64,000 nt of DNA from positions 18,306,005 to 18,370,004 of the forward strand of contig CM119268.1 in NCBI GenBank assembly GCA_051294375.1, read 5' to 3'. The notes below the pieces were generated by a model. That model worked only from the letters and a program-made list of their open reading frames with translations. It searched no databases and was not told the DNA's origin. Below, piece after piece: positions 13,378 through 25,699 of this stretch. Made by a program: the position numbers and the translations under genes. The first letter of the stretch is position 1; every line of letters starts with the position of its first letter. Source of the stretch: Paraspadella gotoi (taxonomy: Eukaryota > Animalia > Chaetognatha).

Positions 13378-14774
13378 ATGCTTCTCCAGTTAAATTCCGT
13401 AATCCTCATTATTCAGGTGAAATGAAATGAAATGATGTAAGTGTTTTTAATGTTTTTAATACGAATGAATATTTTTTTAAAGTATGATCAAACTGACGAC
13501 TCGGACCATGCCGACAACGACGACTACAATGAAGACATAGAAACAATTCAATCCATCACACTACTCTTTGCATCAGCTGACCTTCGTTTGCAAACTCAAC
13601 GGAGTCCTCGACTTCTATCAACGCAGCTCCATCTCACAATGCGTATTTGTTGCAATTGGTGTCATTGGTGTCAACGCGAGAGAAAAAAGCACAATTACGA
13701 TCGGCGTCGTCCGACGTCGATATCGCCGAGATTCCCGTTCGGTTTCGTGCGCGCCGCTGAATCACCCGTGCGGCCGCAGAATATCCTGTTGCCACGAAGT
13801 TCCATTCTGCAGATGCACGGACGACTTGGGAAAGCGGTGAGATATATATTAATTTATTAATTTGGAACAATCAATATAAAATTAGCCATTCATTCAAAAA
13901 ATAACATATCTTGCCCCTGTCTTTGGAGAGGCTATTGAGAGTTTAGGCATCCATCCCTCTTCCAAGACCTTGTAAGTCTTTTTAATATTAATATATATTA
14001 ATATTTTCCTTTCCTTATCTAAGTTGCTTTTGCGCCTCCGATCCACCTCCGCCCGCCTCCTTCCACGAGCACTCCTCTTCCCTCTCAATCCCGTGCGGCG
14101 CCATGAACCACCCTTGCGGCGTCGGGTACCCGCCCTGCTGCGGCGCCGTGCCCCGCTGTCATTGTTACGACGTCGCGGAGAAACGCTGCATTTGCGGACC
14201 CGTGAACGAAGCAGATAAAGTGGGCGGTGGGGTTGGCGGAGCGTCTCACGAATTTTCTTATCGACGAAAGCGTCTGGACGAAACCAGAAAGACGTTTCGA
14301 AGTGGAGGTGACGACGAAAGGTTCGGAGAAAATGACGACGACAACGACGACGACGAGGACACCGTCTTCCCACACTCATCATCCTGCGGTCTTCTCAACC
14401 ACCCTTGCGGAATGTCTCACCATCCTTGTTGCGAATCGGCGCCATTTTGCAATTGTCTCGGCGCATATTACCGACGCTGCGTCTGCCGGCGTCGTCGTGG
14501 ACGGCGCTCTTTCGATCGACGGCGCCGATTTTTCGCCGACGCCGAATTCGTGATCGAGTACGACGCCCGGCAGAATCCCGGCGTCGTGGAATTCAAACCA
14601 GACGTCCATCGGCGTCGCGATGTGGTGAAGGACTGGGCGGCGGAGGCGGAGGCGGTGGGGTTCGAACCCAGGGAGAAGTGGGCGGAGTGGGTGGAGGAGG
14701 AGTTGGCGAAGGCGTGGGAGAGGAGGTGGGCGAGGTGGAGGAAGAAGAGGAGTAGAAAGAGAGAAAGAGGATAA
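13378..14774 (+). CDS. Secreted knottin precursor 2: signal peptide, 3 HPCG knottin domains, polybasic sites, Trp/Arg-rich basic tail (~349 aa)
   Basis: Exons 13378-13416, 13577-13836, 14024-14774 (phases 0,2; 1050 nt). Domains CAPLNHPCGRRISCCHEVPFCRCTDDLGKR|CFC, CGAMNHPCGVGYPPCCGAVPRCHCYDVAEKRCIC and CGLLNHPCGMSHHPCCESAPFCNCLGAYYRRCVC. An extra small intron inside exon 2 cannot be excluded. Confidence 0.82.
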
Positions 14775-16928
14775 GTTAAAAAGGAAGGAAAAGAGGAAAA
14801 AAGAAAAATATCACGGTGTAGCTAAAGTCGGATATTATGATATAACTTGATGTAAATCGTTATGTAACTTCCATATTAAAAATTCAACAAACAAAAATTT
14901 ATTCGGAAAACAAAAATAAACATTTTTCTATCAAAAATCAAGATTTCTCTATCTCCTCGAAGCCATTAAAAAGTGAGACTGATAATTGATAAAAAAAACT
15001 TTTTTTCACAGTTTGAATAGAAAAAGGAAAGTCAAGCAAAATTTTAAAATGAAAAATAGGTTCCGCATACAAACGTTGCATTTAGGAAAAAAACGACTCT
15101 TTCCAATATTGTTCAGTTGTTACTTACAATGTTGATTAACTTTGTGTCACAACACAAATTGGGCCGAACGAAGGATTGGTTAGAAACATCTCCACCCGTT
15201 TCTAATGATAAAAGAGTACCATTTTGGCAACTTTTAGGAAAAAAAATTATGTCCATTTTTGTCCATTTTTACTTACGACTTATGATTTGAATGCCAAGGA
15301 AAGTTGAGAAATTTTTTTATTTTGGAAATCCGTTCTTCCTTATCTTCTTTACCCCTGGGTAAATTTATTTGCTTAAATCATTTATAGTTTGCCTATGAAT
15401 TAATTTTAAAGTTAACAAGTCAAAAAGTTGCAGTTTCAGTCTTTATCATAATTTGAAACAAAAATAAATCAAATTGGTTGTAATTAACAGAAAATATAGC
15501 CTTTTAAATAAGCTTTTAACACCTACAAAATTATCAAAAAAACTTTTTTCGTTTAGCCACAAATAATTTTTAAAGACAACTTTTAATTTGTGACTTTTTG
15601 TGACTTGCATTTATTTTTGATAAAGAGAGTATTCTGAACTCATTTATTAGTTTTAAAGGATGAGGTACATACTGACGTTATTAAAACAAAAAAAAAACCG
15701 CATTCTTTTAATACAATGGAAAGGGTCAGTACTTTTTTTTTCTCAAAATCGACATATTTTGCGGAAAAATTTTCCGCAAAATCTGCCGATTTATTAAATC
15801 TGCTAGGCAACCAAAATTGAAATAAAATCCTTCATTACCGTTAATTTCTTTTTTTATAACGCATTTTTATTTTTTATTTGGCTCAATGTAAATGTAGTGA
15901 GAGGAAAGAGGAAAGGGAGAACAGGAAAAGGAGGTCGGGAGAGAATGAAAGAGGGGGGCAAATGGCAAAAAAAGAAGGCAAATGGCGAAAAAAATAGTGA
16001 GACAAATAAAAGGTAGGAAAAGGGAAAAATGGAAAGAAAAAGAGGGGAAAAGAAAGGGAAAGAATGAAGAAGAGAAAAAAGGTGAGTGGCAAAAAAAGGT
16101 AGGGCCAAAAAAATGGTAATTGACGGCGTGAGAAGTAGGGGAGGAAAGAGGGAAAGAAAAATACAAATAAGGAGAAGAAAAGAGAAGAAGAAAAAGAATC
16201 AGGGAAAGGGTATGAGGGAAAAAAAATTGTATTAGATAATGTGGCGTCCTGCCTGAATAGTTTTGTAAGTAAAAGACGTGAAGATTCTTATGAGGAATTC
16301 AATCTTTAAAAGTTATCTTTACCATTAAAATTCAATCATACTTATTTCTAAAATTAAGATTTGATTGACAATCATTGAAGAAATCATGTCTTACCGTATT
16401 TTTAACTCATAGAAATTTACCTGGAAAGTACTATGTCATATAGCTTACCGTTTTTTTAAATAAAGAAAGCTTCATTTTAACCAATGAGATCAAGAAAGAT
16501 GGTAATTATTGAGGTTCAGATTTCGTTGTCTAAAAGACACGGATTGTATGCGGAACCAATAATACTAAAAAAAATCGTGGGATGACCCACTTTTGACGTC
16601 CGGAGTTTTTCAGGTGTCGGGTGAACTCAAAACTTTTTTTTAAATTTGAAGAGATTAAAGAAAAATTTTTAATTTGAAAAGATTTAAATCCCACGCGTTT
16701 CCTTTCATTCCTTCAATTTCTTGGTTCTTTTTCGTTTCAACTTAAAAGAACTTTTCCCCCCTTTTTAATTTGTGAAAAATCAAAGAAAAATCAGTTTAAA
16801 AACATATAAAATATTAACTTGTGCTTATTCATTCATTCATTCATTCATTCATTCATTCATTCATTTCATCAATTCATTCATTCATTCATCATTCATTCAT
16901 TCATTCATTCATTCATTCTTTATTTTTT

Positions 16929-16960
<32 letters not shown>

Positions 16961-17172
16961 TTCTTTCTTTCTTTTATTTTTTTCTTTTTCTTCTTTCGAG
17001 AAAGTTTCCATTTTTTTTCATTTTCAAACTTACAAATTTTTTTTCACAAATCGAATTCGAACTCCAACGATTTCTCACCTTCTTCTGCTCTCAATTTTTT
17101 TCGCAAAAGACCTAATGAGAAAATTTGAATGAAATCAAATTCTCAAATTGTTGGGAAAAAAAGTTCGGCGAA

Positions 17173-18292
17173 ATGAAAATTTCTGTTTGGCTTAAAATTA
17201 GTATCTTCTTTGTAATAGTAAGTAATCTAATAATCTTTGAATAAAAAACAGAATAGTTCAATCAATTTAATCAAATACTCCAAATGTACTTATTATTAAA
17301 CCACATCTTATCAACTAACAACTAATAAAATCCAACAAATGTAACACAAGGCGCCGTTCAGCTCACCGGCGCCGTCTACGCCGCCGCCGCCTTCAGAAAT
17401 GACGCCGCATAAAGGCTGCGGGCGCCTCTTTCACCCTTGCGGTGAGAATCACTGGCGATGCTGTGATTCCGCTCCGATTTGCAACTGTTTCCACGGAAAC
17501 AAACTCAGGTGTATATTCTTTGTTGTCGTAGATATTGCTGCTGGTTTAGGCCAAATGTCACATATTTCTCACGTGAAAAAAAATAAGATTCGAAATTTTT
17601 AACGGTTAAGATGCACCTGTAGCGAACGCGAGGAAACTTTTCAGTGGATCGACGGCGCCGTACAAAAGAAGGAAGTTACTGCTGCGGCGGCTGCGGCGTC
17701 TGCAGCTCCGCCGTCAGAGACAAATCTTAACGACTTTCCCTGTCAAAAGAGATTTCATCCCTGCGGGGACGCCTTTCCCCATTGCTGCGATAGGTAAGGT
17801 TTTTTGAAAAAAATTTGGTGTATTTGATTAAAATTTATTTTACTGACATGTTTAATTAAATGTAATGTAATTCTTTAAAGTGCTTTTATTATTTTTTATT
17901 TAAATATTTAAGTTGATTGAGTTATATAGACTTTGTTTATATATTTGATTGACTACACAATTAGTAAAGTAATTAATACACACAGCGCCCCGCACTGTGA
18001 GTGCGTCAACCCCAATCGCCTTTCCTGCGTTTGTGTCTCCGAATCCGGTTTCCTAGATTTCCGGTTCGAAGGAGGCCGGACGAAGAAGGCGGAATCCGGC
18101 GACGGAGAGACGGACGGGATGCCGGACAGATCCCCAAAAGAGACTGTAAATTACGACGACGAAGACGACGGCGACGACAACGACTACAATTACGACTATC
18201 GCGGGGACGAAGGCTTCGGGGGCGACGATGATGAAGACGACGACAGATCGATGTTCGACCGGAGTGGAGATGGAGTTGGAGGGACTTTTTGA
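17173..18292 (+). CDS. Secreted knottin precursor 3: signal peptide, 2 HPCG knottin domains, Asp/Tyr-rich acidic tail (~230 aa)
   Basis: Exons 17173-17217, 17351-17508, 17611-17793, 17986-18292 (phases 0,2,2; 693 nt). Signal-like MKISVWLKISIFFVIAPFSSP. Domains CGRLFHPCGENHWRCCDSAPICNCFHGNKLR|CTC and CQKRFHPCGDAFPHCCDS|APHCECVNPNRLSCVC. Confidence 0.85.
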
Positions 18293-18549
18293 AAGAAAAT
18301 AAAATTGATATTTGGAATTGTATGTATCAACTTAGTCTATTGATTTATAGATGTGTTTATTGTTTAACTTTCGCGTTTAACCCTCGCCTTATTGCTATTT
18401 TGTTTTCAACATTTGAAACAACCCGCCACCTAAAGTTTATGGGAAAATTTAAAAGAGCATCGTTGGCCTTCATATATGTTCTGTTTGGGCCTTTCATTGT
18501 GGACGTATCAATTAAACTTATATCAGATTATGGAAGTTTATCTCTCTCT

Positions 18550-18597
<48 letters not shown>

Positions 18598-19899
18598 GTA
18601 AATCTCCCTTGAAAAAAAAGATAATGAAAACCTCAACTAATAAAATAAAAAATATGACACTCAAAAATTACTCTTCGTGGTTAATTAAAAATTTCAGCCT
18701 TTTTCAAAACTCATCAAATATTAATGAAGTTTCGTGTCCATTGTTGTTCTTTTTTTCTGTTTTCAGCAGCAACGGTTAGATTTTTACTGTGTAGTTAGAT
18801 ATTCTTGAGAACAAGACCTGGTGATTTTTAAATTTTCAAAATGAAAAATAAACAAGTAAATAAACAAATAAATTTAAAAAAAATTACTTCTTAAAAAAAA
18901 TGTCATAAAACAAATAAACTAAAAGAGAGAGGCCTATTTCGGAGACAACGACAATAAAGACAACCATGAACTAAGAACAACAACGACAATGATGACAAAG
19001 TGATAGTAAAATTCTTTCAATAGTTCTCATATTTTTTTATCAGCGAAAAAAAAAAGAAAAAGAAAAATACCGTTTCGCTCGATTGATCTCCAAATTCAGC
19101 GATTGATGACGAGCATAATTGCCTCTTATTTTCTTTTTCAAAATTAAAAAAGCATGCATGTTCTCATTAGAGTAAAAACATGCATGTAGGAACGGGCATG
19201 CGCCCCAGAACCGTGGATTGAGCGGTATTACGTCCGCTTGATTTCGGGACATCGAAATTTTTCTGGATACTAATGTTTTCATCTATTCGCATATTCTAAA
19301 TAAATAAATAAATTTAATTTGATCACAAAAAATAAAATCCTCTAAAAATAGATAAATGCGCCATTTATTATTTATTTATTTTGTTTTTTTTTGTTCAATC
19401 CTTTTGTAAAAGTGTTTGCATTGATTAGTTGTTTTATTTTTTTTTTTTTTTATCGGAGTAGACTTTTCAATGTGATACCCGATGCCAAATCTAATTTGTT
19501 GTCCACTTTCGCTTCAGCCAATATTTATGCAACAGATTTTCCGTAAGCTTTCATGAAAAGTAACTAGCTTGCTTTGTAAGAAGTTAGCTTTAGCGATGCA
19601 AAAAAAAAAAAAAAATTTTTCTACCATCTGGAGCATTTTCGGCCATTAATGGTTGAGAAGTTAAAATCAGAGTTCGCGGACATGAAACCAAAGCTTTTAC
19701 GTAAACTGAAGGATGAAACCTTTCGCACACTGTAATATGCAAATGAGATTGACAATTTTTTTTTTACCTTTGTAGAAATGACACGAAAGAGTCTCGTATA
19801 TTCGGAACTCTTTTAACGAAAATCGCTTCGTAAAAAAAAAAATTCATTTCACTCTTTCAGATACTCCTCGTTTTACCCAATCGGCTTTCACCCGAAGCG

Positions 19900-21345
19900 A
19901 TGATGGCCGATTGGCTGAGACGCCTTCGCTTCTTCTTCGTCGTCGCCCTCTTCGCTCTTTTCCTCTTCAGCCTCCACAATCTGGTGGTGGAGTTCTTCGA
20001 GTATCCCGTCAACACGAAGATCGTAGAGGTCATCCCTGACCCGCATCACTTTCCCGCCGTCACCATCTGCAATCTCAATCCCCACTTTCCTCCGAAGGAA
20101 AAGCAGATCGACGAAGGTGAGTCTTTTTGTTAGGAGAATAAGTCCGTTTGTGATGAGGACCAAGTTTGAAAGGTTTTATTGAGTTCTGGCCAATTCTTTT
20201 TGTATTTTTTTTACGCGAGATTATCATTTGTTGATTATATTGTAAGCGTGTGGATGAAGTTAGATTTGCTCTGAGAAGTTTCAGAAAAATATGAAAAATA
20301 TATATTGAGGCGGGATATTCACACCGCCTCACATCCATCGTCGTTCAGCCAATCCCATTTGCTCAGGGGGGAAAACACCATCCCAAGCGTAGTGTTCCAT
20401 CCACAGTTCTAACGACTTCCCTCTGCGTTGGCGAAGCAAAACCGTCCTAGGGTAACCGTGCCAGTGACAGCCACTGAGAGGCGGAAGCCCCCAAAGCCAA
20501 AAGTGAGATTCCCTATCCCAATGGGCATCACAGGCAACCCGGCTGTTCCCATTATATACAACTTGTGGGGTCCAATTTAAAATAAATATCCTTTATAGTA
20601 ACGATGACGGACATCCCATCCCATTTCCATTAAAATTATTCAAGTCTTAAATATTTCCCTGTTCTTATTACCTTTTTCCACTGCAGAACCCATTTGGCTC
20701 AAGGCAAGCCATGAGAGTGCAGGTCCGGTCCCGATAGAGTTTCGTCCCAACATCCCAGAGCGAAGTCAACTCCATTCCTTCAACGCCGAAACTGTTCGTC
20801 GACGCCAAAGTTTTTACGAGTTCTTCTCCGGCGAGAATCGAACCGAGGATCGACCTTCGGAATCGATCGTCGAATGCGTCTTTAACGGAAGCCCCTGCGT
20901 CGTTGACGAAGAATTCGAGGAGTGGTTCGATCCCACCCTTGGAACTTGCTTCACCTTCAACGCCGCATTTCAGAAAAAAGGTGGAGAATGGCAGTTTTAA
21001 GTTGTTATTGCTTTTCGTTTAGTATTTTATTAAGTTTTAATTCGGTGGATTATACATATATATTAAGTCTGCAATAAAAGTCTTTTGTCCTTTTACAACC
21101 AAATTAACTTATGATTCTAGATTTTAATTAAATTAATTTTCCTAATGCATGGAGGAAGCATTTTGCATTTTAATATTTAACAATATATATTTAACAATAT
21201 AAGAAATGCTTAAAAATTTTTTTTTAAAAATTTAAATTTTTAAAAATGGATTCTGATAAAGATTAAAAAGTTAGATAAAGTTAGTAGTACTACAAATTTC
21301 AAAAATTGTAATGATAAATGGGCTAAAATTTGAAAAAAACTTAAT

Positions 21346-21415
<70 letters not shown>

Positions 21416-23634
21416 TATTCATTAAATTTAATAGTTTTTTGTTAATTTTCATAGATAAATCATTAAAATTTCAAAAAGTTGTATTAATAACCTTCATCTA
21501 ACTTTTTAAGTTCTATCAGAATCCGTTAAAAAAAAATTAAAATGTTTTAAAAACATTTTTTGACATTATATAGTATTCGGATAATATAAAATAGCTTCCA
21601 TGCGTATAACTATAAGAAATCTTAATTTTTTTTTATTTTCACGATATTTAATAAACACATTAACAATATTTATACCGGACTTCTGTTAGTTTGTAACCCG
21701 TTCCGCCTTAATATATATTATCATTCATAGAAAATAGACAATATGAGACATATATTCTATTAGTTAGGTATCCTTTTTTTCAGACGTTCGAATGAAGGTG
21801 GCCGACTTTACCGGCCCCTACTCTGGATTGATCTTAATTCTGGACGCGAGATACGACGAATATTTAGACTTCATGACCGAAGTTGGATTCAAGGTCATTG
21901 TCCATCATCCCAAGCACTTACCCAATCCGATCATTGAAGGTAAATAAATATTCTTTCTTTTCAGACTGACTGACCGACAACTAGATGGACAAATTGACTG
22001 ATTGAAACAGTGAAAATGAGACACATTAATTTAGATCCGAAGAGAGACGGATTTTGTACATTAGATTACCTAAAAATCCCTATCAGGATCATTCCTGGCG
22101 CCTGGTTCCGCCGTCTACATGGGCGTCCGCGAGAGGCGCTCCGAACGCGTTGACGTCCCTGGCCACCGCTGCGTTTCGAGAGAAAAGGGATCGGCGGCAT
22201 CGTCAGCGACGGAAGCGGCAGCGACTGCAGCTGCTGCGTCATCTTCGCAGTATTCTCAAAGCGAATGCATTCTTTCCGGATACACGGAGAGAGTGAAGCG
22301 TCGTTGCCGATGTTGGCCGAGACCCTTTTACCGGAAAGAGGCGAAAGGGCCATCACTGCCAATCTGCAATTCGTCGGTAAGAATCTGGCGCCATCTGACT
22401 TAATTGATTATTGTAAATTTTGTTTTTTTCAAATTTATTTTTTGTTCCGGTTATTTAATTTTTTTTCTCTCCTTCTAGGATTTGTCTCTTGCTTTCTCTA
22501 CTCTGAGCATTTTCCCTTTACTTTCTATAGAAATTTTATCTTCTGTCTGCACCCGCGAGATCTTCACTTGCATTGCTTTACATGTTTTAGTCTTAATAAA
22601 CCAGATGGCTGTACAAACAAAAGAGTATTATTAAAAACAAAAGTACATCCACCAGAGGTTTTAATATTTTTTTCTGAAACAAAAGAACAGTCCCATAAAT
22701 TTTTTTGTGTTTTTACCATATTTTACTAGAGGGCTTTACAAAGAAGAAAGCTTTTTTGTAAGACAAAGGACCCTCTTTTCCCTCCCCTCTTCCACCCCCC
22801 CAATACCTGTTCCCCCTTCCAGAACCCCTGCTACGAGTCTCTCCGTCTCTCCTTCGCCGACGCCTTGGCCGACATCGCCGCCGACGACGAGTGTCGCGTG
22901 ACCTGCGAATCCACGTGGTTCGACGTCGCGCGGTCGGAGACGAAGTGGCCGACGAAAGCGGCCGACGTGGGGGTGGAGATGGCGGAGGAGTGGCGGGCGA
23001 TGGGGAGGGACGTGGCCGACAATTTCGTCAAGGTGGAAAGGGGGATGTTAGAGGGAGAATGATCTAATTCTAAATCAGGGGATGTCGAATGAGTAACTAA
23101 TAAAATGTAATCCGAAAATATATAATTGATAAAAAAGTATTAAGTAACCAAAACTAGTGGAATGACTCTACTCTCTTTTCTTCTCTTTTTTCCTTCCCCA
23201 CTTTCACTCCTTTGTCCTTTTATTTCCCTTCTCTTTTTCAACTTATCATTTCCCTTTCCATTCATTTCTCTCCCTCTCCCTTCCACACCCCCCTCTCCTC
23301 TTCCCGTTCCTTCGCTTCCCATCTCCCAATCCCCTTCTCTTTCCCCCTCCCTCCCTATCTCCTCCCTTCCCATGTCCTCCCTTTTTCCCCTCCCCACTTC
23401 TCCTCTTTCTTTCCTCCCTACCCTCTTATTCAGCTCTACGTCTACTACGAATCCTCGGCCGTCGAAATCTTTCACGAATCTCGCGCCATCACAATGACGA
23501 GCTTCTTCAGCGAACTCGGCGGGATGCTGGGGCTGCTGCTGGGGGCGTCGCTGCTTTCGCTGGCCGACGGCCTCGAGTTTCTCGTCGAGATGGTCGAGAA
23601 GAAGAAAAAGACGCAGAAGATGGGGGCCAAATAA
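19900..23634 (+). CDS. DEG/ENaC/ASIC-family (amiloride-sensitive type) cation channel subunit, ~455 aa
   Basis: Exons 19900-20116, 20687-20980, 21784-21939, 22087-22376, 22823-23032, 23434-23634 (1368 nt, phases consistent). Family hallmarks: TM1 then FPAVTICNLNP; CVFNGSPC...DPTLGTCFTFN; GLILILD...DEY...GFKVIVH; Cys-rich thumb; LYVYYE; TM2 FSELGGMLGLLLGAS with the GAS filter. Start codon uncertain: an in-frame acceptor sits at 19860. Confidence 0.93.
21140..21610. mobile_element. MITE-like inverted repeat with an (ATC)n microsatellite in the loop, inside intron 2 of the channel gene
   Basis: aatggattctgataaagattaaaaagttagat (~21245) pairs with atctaactttttaagttctatcagaatccgtt (~21496). Confidence 0.65.
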
Positions 23635-24463
23635 AGGAGATAGGCCAAGGATGAAGACTATGGCATGAGACCATTTGTTGAAGCCATGTTGAAGGACATA
23701 GGCTGAGGACATTCTTTGAGGCCGTTGGTGAAGGACATGGGCTGAGGACTAGAGTTAAAAGCAATGTTTATCTTTAAACTCAAAGGAAATGTTAAAATAA
23801 ACGGACTTTTTTAGGGATTTGCTCAGTTGTTGTTGTTGAGGCTGTGTGTATGTCTATCTATCTCAATTCAGTAATTCCAAATTCTGCACGTACCTTCGTA
23901 GAGTTAATTATGTTGAGTTGTTTCTTTTTTGTGATGGAAATATAATTTTTCTTCGTTAATATTTTTTTCTTTCAAAGCAGCAAAAAAAAAAGGTTTCGCT
24001 ATTTGTTTTTATAACTGGATAATACATCTTGATCAAGGCGGTCGGCACGCCTCGCTCGCGTCGTTTATTAATGCTTTCATAGTCTCTTCTCCCGTAGACT
24101 TTGTTTACTCATCGTTGTTTACGCTGGCGTCGTCGTCGTCGTCAGCCTCGTTTCCAATCGCGAAAATCCAAACAAAAACAAAAGGAAAACGAATTTCTTC
24201 GTCGACGGAAGAAGATCCGAGGGGAAATCACCAGGAAACGAAAAGGAAAACAAAGAAAAACGAATAAACAAAAAAGGAAGGAATTAAAAGGAGAAGCTAA
24301 TGAAAAAGAAAGAAAGGAATGAGGGGAAAAAAATGAGAAAAAGAAAGAAAAAAATGAGAAAAAGAAAAAAAATCCCAAAGATTTCCATTTGTGATGACTT
24401 AACTGAATCTTTGTGAAACCCATCGAAGACAGAGAGAGAGAGCTAAAGTAGAAGAGAGAGAGA

Positions 24464-24550
<87 letters not shown>

Positions 24551-24816
24551 CTCTCAACAGCCGCGCTGCCGCCGCCACTCCGCCCTATTCACCGAAGCGG
24601 AAGCAGGTGTCTCGTTTTCACATCGAGAATCGCTTTTGATAAAGAAGTTTAGCGAAAATACTAGTGGCAGAGACGAAAGAGAAAAAGAGAGGAAAAAAAA
24701 AGAAAAAAAAGAAAGGTTTTTGCCATCTGTAGTGGAGGGAAAGGAAAGAGCAGAGAAGGTGATTGGGAAGAAACGAAAAGGAAGACGAATAAGAATTAGA
24801 AAAGAGGAAATAACTA

Positions 24817-24875
<59 letters not shown>

Positions 24876-25598
24876 TAATAATAATAATAAAAATAATGAT
24901 AATAATACATATATAAGAATAGATAAAAAATTAAAGGAAATATTTAGCTTGAGTATGAAAAAAGATGGAAGGAATGAAAATGAAAAGAAAAAAATATGTT
25001 AAATTAGAGATAGTGTATTGAGTTTAAAGGACAAATGACGTTATATATTGTGCAAAATATGTTGAAGTATAGTGAATCAAAAAAACAGGAACGGGGAGAA
25101 GGACTACGCAAGTGCGAAGTTCAGAAACTTTACGAGATGAGAAAACTGGGATGAGAGAAAAAATGGAAAACATAATTAATCATTTAAAACTAAAACGAGG
25201 AGGAGAAAAATACTTAAAAATAAAAATAAAAATGAAGGTGAGCTAAGCAATATGGAATAAAGGTAGTAGTGGATAAAAAGATTTTTAAGTAAAGTTAATT
25301 GTAACCGATAAGGTGCTTTTTAGACAATCAATCCTAATCGTTCATAAGTATTCAACTGAAATAGTTTTTCCTAATTTTGAATACACGTATATTTTTTTAC
25401 CTTGGCGAGAAATTTTTTTACATTAAACTAAATTTGATGAAAAGAAGAAAAATGTAAGAAAAAAGGTTTGGCTTAAGAATGGCAAAAACACATTCGTTAC
25501 TTTATTCGCTACAGAATCATGAGAACCCTGACGATGTAACCAAAGAAACTGACAATGTATTTCGTTTAAAATGTCACAAGGATTTGTACTTTATTTCT

Positions 25599-25632
<34 letters not shown>

Positions 25633-25654
25633 TCTCTTTCTCTCTCTCCTCTCG

Positions 25655-25699
<45 letters not shown>

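Noticed and set aside
10176-18050. Calling the knottins Agouti/AgRP orthologues or named spider toxins
   Set aside because: They lack the RFF motif and the fifth disulfide. Shared cysteine spacing alone does not establish orthology.
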